Shown: in pieces, positions 54,891 through 64,000 of the stretch
Numbering within the stretch: the first letter of the stretch is position 1
Layout: every line of letters begins with the position of its first letter
Notes under the pieces: generated by a model
What the model saw: the letters and a program-made list of their open reading frames with translations, nothing else
Told to the model about the DNA's origin: nothing
The model's database searches: none
From: Camelus ferus
Taxonomy: Eukaryota
Direction of reading: 5' to 3'
Assembly (NCBI RefSeq): GCF_009834535.1
Contig: NC_045697.1
Span: forward strand, 83,578,001-83,642,000
Length of the DNA stretch: 64,000 nucleotides
Program-made: the position numbers and the translations under genes

Positions 54891-55081
54891 CCATGCTATC
54901 CAAAGTGATACCATATATGCAACCATATATGGCTATTTAAATTTTTATTAAAATTATATAAAATTAAAAATTAAGTTCCTCAATCACATTAGCCCTATTT
55001 CAAATGCTCAGTAGTGACCTGTTAGTCACCACAGCTGGAGAACATGTCCATCATCGCAGAAAATTCTATTGAACGATGTTG
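54891..55081. mobile_element. MER3/MER33-like hAT-Charlie element
   Basis: tgctatccaa...tggctatttaaattt...cacattagccctatttcaaatgctcagtag...catcatcgcagaaaattctattgaac. Confidence 0.7.
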
Positions 55082-55760
55082 GTATAAACTAAATAGAAAT
55101 ATTGGAGAAGAGGTATAAGCAAGAACTGCCTTCCAAGCTTTATGGTCCTCCATCCAGGCTCCTGGCATTTTATCTTGCTTAGTTCATCCCCTTTCTTCAT
55201 CAGAGTAATAAGCAAATTCCTACTTTAAGTCTGTTGAGGAACTTACATTCCCTTTCAGGTTCTCTGAGAGTCTTATCTTTTACTCCAAATGGATTTTCAA
55301 AGCTTTCTAAAAACTTTACAGTGCTTCTCCTTTGAATGGAATCACAGAAAATGACAGTCCTCAGTCTCACTGTACCTGGTCTTATAACCTCTCGTTTCCT
55401 ACAATGCTCCTTCCCGACTTGAATCTTTTTTTTGTCTCTTTTTAAACTTGGTTTCCGCTTGTGATTTTGTAGTCCCAATTCTTAAGTTCTCTTGGTACCT
55501 TCAAATGGCTTTTTTGTTTTCATTGTGTTTGCAGGACTCCTCAGACTACAAAACATGAGTGCATTTCATTAGTGTGATTTATTTTTTATTCCAGGTCATT
55601 AATGAGGATGGCCTGGTTATGTCTTAACAACAACGCATGTAAATCCCCTTGGTACAGTGTCTCTCATTGAATAAATTCAGAGTGCAGAATTTTTTTTATT
55701 GTACGGTGACATGTCTTTTTTCAATGTGCATTGTCTTTTTTTATTTCCTTGGTAATTTAG

Positions 55761-55870
55761 TTGCTAATTATCGATGGACAACAGCTAAGAACAGATCCTG
55801 CTACTGTGATGGATGAAGTCCAGAAGTTTCTAGGCGTTTCTCCTCATTATAATTACTCAGAAGCTTTAAC
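55761..55870 (+). CDS. NDST3: NDST3 internal exon, sulfotransferase domain (110 nt, phase 0-2)
   Basis: Acceptor ggtaatttag|TTG, donor AC|gtaagt; translates [36 protein letters not shown](T); the next exon was not found before 64000. Confidence 0.95.
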
Positions 55871-58800
55871 GTAAGTTTATATTCTAATTAATTTATTGAA
55901 GTTTCAGCAAAGACCTGATTTTCAAGAAACTGTAGTTTGGTGATGCAACTGTTGAGTTAGCTGTTCCTTACCTCCTGATTATTTTCCAGTTGACCTTAAC
56001 CACTTGGGAAAGAACATTTCAACAGTGTGGCAAAGAAATGTCCAAAATCCTCTATTGATTTCTAACTATGAAAGATTTCCCCTGGAAGGAAAGTAGAGGA
56101 ACAAAACTGTTGTAACTCTTAAGACTACAACTAATCTTATAAGAGGCTACTTAAAATAAGTCTGAGTCTATTTAAAAGACAATACTGGGACGTCTTGGAA
56201 GTATAAAAGGGTGATTTATGAACTCCTCTCTCTTACGTGTAATTTTCAAAAACAATGTCATACAGCAAGAAATAGCCCAATAGATGACTGAATAGGCAGA
56301 CACAAATGTGCTATGATTACTCTTACACATTCTTGCATTGTTTCCTTGTCTTTTCCCACTGTAGGTCTGACCTTGTCAGGCCTCAGCAGCTTCAGCTCCT
56401 GTTTGGTTTTCTTTCACTGGTTCCATCTAAATTTCCTAGGTAATCAACTCTCATCTGGGTGGGGACCAGGGTGAGGCAAGAGAGGCACTAGGATTTAAGC
56501 AGGCACTCCCTGTCAGGACTCTACAGATGCCTGAGAGTGGATGCCTCTCTTACCTCACCTTAATCCTCACTCTGGACTTGATCTGGCATTTTACATCAGA
56601 CCTCCACCTTGCTTTGTCCATTTATAATGGTTGCCAATCAGTTACGAGGGTGCCTTTGTTCCTATTTCATATGCAACTGGAACAAGTTAACTGTTAGATC
56701 CTGAGTTGGATGAGCCGTGGGCCTGGCTCTCACTATAATATATATATATTTAATTTTAGAGTGATAGACTGAGCTTTAAAGAAACCAGGTAAGACTCTAT
56801 TGTGGAATTCATCCATTGTGTTTCACAGTATAAAATGCAGTTCTATAGGTCAACTGATACCCTCTTTTCATCGCACTCTTTATGCTACAGCAGTTTAGAA
56901 AGTGAGAGGCAGGATTCCTTTCACCACCCCTTACAGTAAAAGATTGGCAGAAAAACATCAAATACTGCGTACATCTTGCACAAATCATATGTAGAGACAT
57001 AAGAGAGACATTTTGATTTCAAGAACAAAGGAATAGTTGGTACTTGAGTTTTGAGCTTCCCTCCTAAGAGTCATTTACTTTGTTGTTACTATTAACCGTC
57101 TGACCTCTGTGTTTTCTGTCGTGTGAGTACTATCAGAGCTTTGTAGAGCTTAGTTGAAGTACTAACACAGACACCAGCCTCAGGTATTTAACTTTCAGCT
57201 TGACCTTAAAGAAAGCCGAGTGATTTTTGCTTCAATTCGCAATTCAAGTCCACTTTCTGCTTTGTATCTTTTTAAGGATCTCTTAGAAAAGAAAGCTTTT
57301 ATTTTCTAAACAGTTTTCTATTTCAAGTTAGCTTATCTTTGGGTGGTCTTTTTTTTATAGAGTATCTAGCAAAGCACTGTATTTCAGGAAGAAGGAGTGG
57401 AGTATTCCAAAAAGACATAATCTCTTTTTCTTACGGAATGGTCCTTGACCTGCATGCTGTGGATTTGTCCCCTTCGCATCCATCTCAGCGGCAAGCTTTT
57501 TATTCACTGCCACTGCCAAGTTAAGGGAGTGTAAACTTAAGAGAAATTAGTATCAAAGCAACATACTATATACAAAGAACCGTGGGTCACTTTGCACCTG
57601 GGATGTACCTGGCTAAAATTACCCCTTATGTGATTGTCTAGCCTGGTTGGGGGCTCAGTGGGTGAAGCAGCAAGATAAGATGTGTGTAGTCTCTGAAACC
57701 ACAGTATCTGGTCCCACAGGGCTGCCCAGTCACTCACCCTGCTGATAGAGATAATGTACTGCCATTCAGTTTCTTTTTATGCTTTCCTGTCAATCCGTTG
57801 GCCTGACACACCTTGTAAAAACCAGCAGTGTACCTGTTGTAGAATATTTGGAATTTCCTGTCATTGACTTAGGTCTAAATCCTCCTTCACCCATGCCCTT
57901 TGCAGTTACTCTGAATCCTGCCCTTAAAATTTAGTTACTCTCACTGAAGTAACTGTACAGGTAAATTGTTTCTGTGGTACGTCGGACGTGTTGGAGATGA
58001 CTGGGTGCATTAAATGTATGTTCTCAGGAATGACATTTGTTGCTTCATATTTTTCCTACTAGTGATGAAAACTACCTCTTTGCTGCTTTAAAAAATTAAA
58101 GTCCTCTAAGAATATACTGAACTCCAAACAGATATGAATTCTCAACTAACCACATAAATCCAGTTCTTTGCACACAGTAGAATAAATGAATGAAACTAGG
58201 TCTGTGCAAAGGTTTGCCATGCAATCTTGGCATAAAAGAGTACTCCAATTTAAGAAATCTATAAACTTATTATCTTTAATACTAAAAAAGAAATCCAGTT
58301 TCAGAAGTATTTTCAAGAAAAACAGCAATAAATTTCCATTGTTAAGAGTGTTATTTATTCCTTTTCACAATCACTACAGAAAGTGTTCATACAGTCATGG
58401 GTAGTCTAAAATATCTTAAAATCACTTAGTGCCGTCATCAAGGATTTTAGAGGACATATTGAAGATGTAAAAAAAATCTGATTTTCTTGAGTGTGGTTGT
58501 GATCTGAAATAAGCAGTATAAGCTTTAAAATATATAAATGGGAACTTTCTCATTCAATTACGTAAATTTACATTTTATAATTCTTGTTCAATATAACCTT
58601 AATCTCTAAATTATAAATAGAATTGATAAACTGACATTACTTTAGCTTGCATGTTATGTATCATCAAGTGTTTCAAAACGGTCTAATCATTTAAGAAAAA
58701 AATAGGAAAAATAATGCTCAGCATAGAATTTCGCTAATTTGTATAAACTAAAATGAAAACTATAAACTTTTATTTTTCCCATGAATATATCCATTCACAA

Positions 58801-59699
58801 TTATATCTAGTCATCAATGACCACTTCACAATTACAAATACTAGTTAGCTAAATACCTGAACCAGACATCTTTATTTCTCAGTGATTTAACCTCTTTATT
58901 AGCATGAATGAAACCAGACTGAGTTATATGAATTTTTAATAATAATTTACTATGAAAACTAATAAATGAACAGTAAGGATTTTAAGGCCAGGAGCTGAAT
59001 GAAGATTGTGTCTTTATTTTGTTTTGTTCTGTGGATGGGGCTTAACTAAATCATAAAGAACTGAAGCTGCTTCACTTGTTTCTAGTATCACTTCCCCTGG
59101 CAACCAAATTAATATTCTAATCAATGGGAATTCTTTCCCATTTCAGATGAGTTTGAGTAAAATTGTGCCCAATTAAAACTTTTTTTAATAGCAAAAGCAG
59201 TACCCATTGTAGCGAAAATCTGTTGGGTCTCTAGACAACCTGTGAAACAGCAACTAGAAATGCTAAGCAATAAAAAAAATAATTTTTATTCCAATTTCTT
59301 ACAAATTTGTTTTTAAAAGTGATTATAGCATTTCAAAATCAGTATACATTTATAAGTTCTAACTATTTCATATGTATTGCTTCATAACACTATGTAATAG
59401 GAATTATTTGCTCCTTTTCCAAAACCAGGGCACAGAAAACCTAAGCTCAAAGTCACTCAGCAAGTGAGGCAGGAGTCCTCTGAAGCCTACAGTGCCAATC
59501 TATTAGGCTCTTCATATTGGCACAAGACGTTAGAACTAGAGAAAAACAATATTGTGAATTTTTACTAATGAATAGTATAACAGAAAGTACTTCCTTTAAA
59601 AAACTGAAACCTTAAAATCAGCTTTTTAAGTTGTCTCAGACACTATTATAAAAAGAATCTATCTCCAGATACACTGTCAGTTTGCATTAATAAATATGT

Positions 59700-60290
59700 A
59701 ATCATGGCACTATGCAAATTAAAATCACATTGAAATACCATTAGAATGGCTGTAATCCAAAAGACAATACCAAATGTTGGCAAGAATGTAAAGAAACTGG
59801 AAACCTCATATGTTACTGAAGGTAATGTATAATATATGGCCACTTTAGAAAAGCAGTTTTGCAGTTTCTTAAAAATTAAACAGAAGCATATAACTAATCC
59901 AATTCCATTCCTAGGAATCTACCCCCAAAGAAATGAAAATCTACGTCCACATAGACTTGTTCGCAGCAGCATTATTCATAATAGCCAAAACCTGGAACCA
60001 ATCTGGTTAACAGATTTTTAAAAAATTGGCATATCCACACCTCAAAAAAAAAAAAGGAAATGTTCAGAAGAGATAAATTTTGAGAAAGAAAGCAGATGAG
60101 TGCTTGCCTAGGACTGGGGGTGACAATAGGGATTAACTTCAGTGGGCTCCAAGGAATTTTGGAGGGGGAGGTGGAAATGTTCTAAAACTGGAATGTTCTA
60201 AAACTACACAGCTATATAAATCTGCTACAGATCACTGAAATGTACACTTAAAATCTGTGTTATGATATGTAAATTATATCTCAAAAAAGC
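59700..60290 (+). mobile_element. Old L1M-type ORF2 end and 3'UTR fragment
   Basis: attagaatggctgtaatccaaaagacaataccaaatgttggcaagaatg...ccattcctaggaatctacccc; ORF 59836-60021 has the L1-like IPFLGIYP. Confidence 0.8.
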
Positions 60291-60298
60291 TGCTAAAA

Positions 60299-60567
60299 TA
60301 CAGAAAATAAACTTATGGTTACCAGTGGGGGAAGGAAGTGGGAAGGGATAAATTGGAGTTCGAGATCTGCAGATACTAACTACTATATATAAAACAGATA
60401 AACAGCAAGTTTCTACTGTAGCACAGGGAACTATATTCAATATCTTGTAGTAACCTATAATGAAAAAGAATATGAAAACGAATATATGTATATACATGCA
60501 TGACTGAACTATTATGCTGTACACTAGAAATTGACACATTGTAAACTGACTATAGTTCAATTTTTCT
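60299..60567 (+). mobile_element. Lineage L1 3' tail inserted at the end of the older L1, with TSD
   Basis: aaacttatggttaccagtggggg...gtaaactgactatagttcaat; TSD agctgctaaaa at 60288-60298 and 60573-60583. Confidence 0.9.
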
Positions 60568-62239
60568 AAAACAGCTGCTAAAAATAAAATATGTATCAGT
60601 AAAATGGTTCATTACATCATAAAATTCTGTTTATAGAGAGGGAACAGACTTTTAAAAACTTCTGTGCTTGTTCCATATTAGTAACACCTAAATAATGGTG
60701 TTTTGGCTTTGAAATTTACTTGCACTATTTGCAATTCAGTATTCTTTCACAGACATGTTATTTCAATTTAAAGATATTTCAAACATTCTTGAACTTTCTA
60801 AGTGTAATCTAAATGCTCCCTGGGATTCACCTTCCCAAGAGTAAAATTAAAGTCACATTTTCATTAACATAGAGATATTACCAGTTGGAGGCTGAATCAT
60901 TGGAGAATCTTGATTGTCCCTGCCCATAAGTGTCTTCCAGTTATTTCTAGACGTCCCCAGGTGATATTCCACAAACTTAAGAACCAGTCCATTCTAGTTT
61001 TATTCTTTAATTCAACAAAGATTTATTGAATGACTATTATGTGCAAGACTCTGGGGACACAATGATAAAGTATCCCTACCTCCAAGAAGGGGTAACCATG
61101 GAGAGACACTCAACAGCACATAGAATTTTCTCCAAAATGTTCACTTCCTGAAAGCCTTTAAAGGAGGGTCCTAGCCATTACTAGTGTCTGTGTGAAATAA
61201 CTAGCTGCCACAGCCAACACAGAAAGGCTTCCTTGCTGTTCTGCCACATTGCAGTAGTACTGAGGCTAATCTGAACAGATGTGGGAGAAGATCTTTCTCC
61301 ATCTCCTTTCATGCTTCTTCACAGGGGCTCTAAATTGCTTATGTCCTCAAACTCACAAGATCCTTCATCAGCATTAATCCCTCCACCTTCTACTTCAGGC
61401 CACCTGGAAAATAAATATGATCTCCCTTCTACATTCACCTCCTTTTCATTTCCACTGTGATACACTTATACCGCCACCTGCGAACCTATGCATACAGATA
61501 TCTGGGCTAGGTGTCAGCTACACATGCACACATTTTTTTCAGTAAAACTGAGCATGACAGCCCACTGCATGAGACGTAATCAATTAGCAGAGGTGAAAGA
61601 AAAACCTATTTCTCTTTTGATTTTTAACTTTAATATGTGTAAAGTTTAGTGTTTCTTAAAGAAATATTCTGTCAGAAGGCTGTTCATTTTAACATAAGGC
61701 ATGGTGCATGTTTCACACATGAATCTATAGTTAGGTATTTTAATTTAAAAAAATTATAATAGCTGGTCTGGATTCTAAATTTTATCACTTGAATACTTCA
61801 AATCAGTCAGAATTCAATTATGGAAGTTACTAAAGACAAAATGTTCAGGAAAAATACTACATCAATAGCAGAATTCCAGAAATGCTGTTGTATTAGAGCT
61901 TTCCAGCTTTCATGTATAGATTATTTCAATCATAGTCTTTATTAATGCTCTCCTTTCTTCTGTCTCTGAGCATGAAACAATTTATTCAGTTGCCTTACTG
62001 ACTCCAAAAACAGTATAAACAACATGAAGACATATCATGTTGTGTCCTGATCTCACACAATTGCTTTAATAATGAGCAGAAACGGGCTTTGCATAAGTGG
62101 GATGTGAGTAATCCTTTAGCGTCTCTAATACCCAAAGCAGTGCAGAGGCAGAAATGGAGGTTTGCCTTCTTTTCACACAGCTTTAGTTATAGTCTACAAG
62201 ATTAGCTGCAGAACAACTCCAAATCACACAATCACAGTA

Positions 62240-62742
62240 TATTTTAAATCAGCTTTATTAATGTATAATTTACATATAATGAAATCTACCCATTTTAATT
62301 GTAGTTTGATGAATTTTGACAAACATGTACAGTTGTATACATGCCATCACAATCAAGATATAGAACATTTCCATTAATCCAAAAAGTTTCCTCATGCACT
62401 TTTGCAGTCAATCCTTTCTGCTCACCCCTGACCCCTAGTAACCACTCTTCTTTCTTTCACTTAGCGTAATGCGTTTGACATTCCTCCATGTTGTTACACT
62501 TATCAGTAACTAGGTTCTTTTTTATTGCTAAGCAGTACTCCAATTTTCAGATATATCACAATTTGGTTAGCCTTTCACCAGTTGACAGACATAGGATTGT
62601 TTCCATTTGGGGGCTATTATGAACAAAACTACTGTGAGCATTTGTGTACAGACCTTTGTGTGGACATATATTCTCATTTCTTCTAGGTAAATACCTAGAA
62701 ATGGGATTGGTGGGTCATATAATTTTCCAAAGTGGCTATAAT
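62240..62742 (-). mobile_element. Old L1MB-like 3' fragment, antisense
   Basis: cagctttattaatgtataatttacatataatgaaatctacccattttaa...tttggggggctattatgaacaaa...taaatacctag. Confidence 0.8.
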
Positions 62743-62744
62743 AT

Positions 62745-63158
62745 TTTCATTGAAGTATAGTTGAGGTACAGGTGTGCAATATAGTGATTCACAATTTTTA
62801 AAGGTTATATACTCCATTTATAGTTTATACTTATTATAAAATACTGGCTGTATTTCCTGTGTTGTATAATATATCCTTGTAGCTTATTTTATAGCTAATA
62901 ATTTGTACCTCTTACTCACCTACCCTATCTTGCCCCTCCCCACTTCCCTCTCCCCAGTGGTAACCACTAGTTTGTTCTCTACATCTGTGAGTCTTCTTCC
63001 TTTTTGTTATATTCACTAGTTTGTTGTATTTTTTAGATTACCCATATAAGTGATATCATGCAGTATTTGTCTTTCTCTGTCTGACTTATTTCACTCAGCA
63101 TAATACCTTCCAAGTCCATCCATGTGGCTACAAGTGGCAAAATTTCATTCTTTTTTAT
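62745..63158 (-). mobile_element. Younger L1 3'UTR fragment, antisense
   Basis: ttcattgaagtatagttg...ggtaaccactagtttgttctc...gtctgacttatttcactcagcataatacc. Confidence 0.85.
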
Positions 63159-64000
63159 CCCTAGATACTTCATGTTTTAATGCTAATTTAAATGTTTTTA
63201 TTTCAATTTTCCATTGCTCATTGTTCACACTGTAGTTTTAAGAAAAAGTTAGAAGCAGTATTCTGAGAAGTAATATGGATTAAAGACAAAAGGAAAAAGT
63301 GGCCCTAAATGATAATTCTCCCTAATGAAGAAGAAATTAGAGCAGCAGAATCACTGAATAACAAAAGCAACATGAAAGAATTCTCATTGTTGACTGCTAC
63401 TCTCACTTCTATATTCAAGCATAGAAATTATTATTTTTTTCATAATGAATGATAATACAAAACATACCCAGAGACCAGTGAAGAAAAGACCCTGGACCTA
63501 GGGTCTGGAGGCCTAAACTTGAGTCACCTGCATACTGAAAATGCATATAGTCCAAAATAAATAAACCTTGACAAACATTTCCTTCTTTTTCATTTTTTAT
63601 TTAACTAACACTTGGTGAACATTCACAAAGAGCCAAACACTATTCTAAGTGCCATTAAATGGGACAAATCCTATACTCCATATCGTCAAGAGGTTATAAG
63701 GAGAGCTCAAGTAAGAAAGGGTTATATGAAATACTTGGGTAAAGTGAAATATAAATTTAATGTGCTACTATTATTTTGATTATAATTATGCCATGAAAAT
63801 CCTCATTTCTGGGTGTTATTACTTTAATACAGAATACCAAAATAAGAAAGTGGCTCTGGAAAAAAATTAACTGGATTATAACTAAAGAATCCTAAAATTA
63901 TTCACTCCGTGGCACACCAAAACCCTCTCTCTTCTATTACCCTACAGTTGAATGGTACAAGTACTATGTAAATCCATAGATATGGATGAAGACTAACTTG

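Noticed and set aside
60173..60207. Short tandem duplication aatgttctaaaact x2
   Set aside because: Simple slippage duplication in an old L1 3'UTR with no functional implication.

Overview
AT-rich mammalian genomic DNA covering the middle and 3' part of NDST3 (heparan sulfate N-deacetylase/N-sulfotransferase 3) on the + strand. Eight internal coding exons (3221-3406, 8397-8525, 39638-39820, 41986-42082, 46285-46408, 50291-50465, 54209-54379, 55761-55870) have canonical AG/GT borders and splice into one open frame. That frame runs from the distal N-deacetylase domain through most of the sulfotransferase domain. The gene start and the last exons lie outside the window. The rest is intron with interspersed repeats: four tRNA-Ala(AGC)-derived SINEs resembling the camelid Vic-1 type, many L1 3' fragments (several with target-site duplications), ERVL/MaLR LTRs (MER21, MLT1, MLT2-like), MER5/MER58/MER3-like DNA transposons, MIR/L2 relics and microsatellites. 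The SINEs suggest a camelid genome (inference). Repeat family names come from recalled consensus resemblance and need RepeatMasker/Dfam confirmation. I found no convincing undescribed biological system. The findings are modest: a minimal L1-tail insertion, a templated-insertion scar, a tailless tRNA-like SINE, and candidate intronic enhancers.
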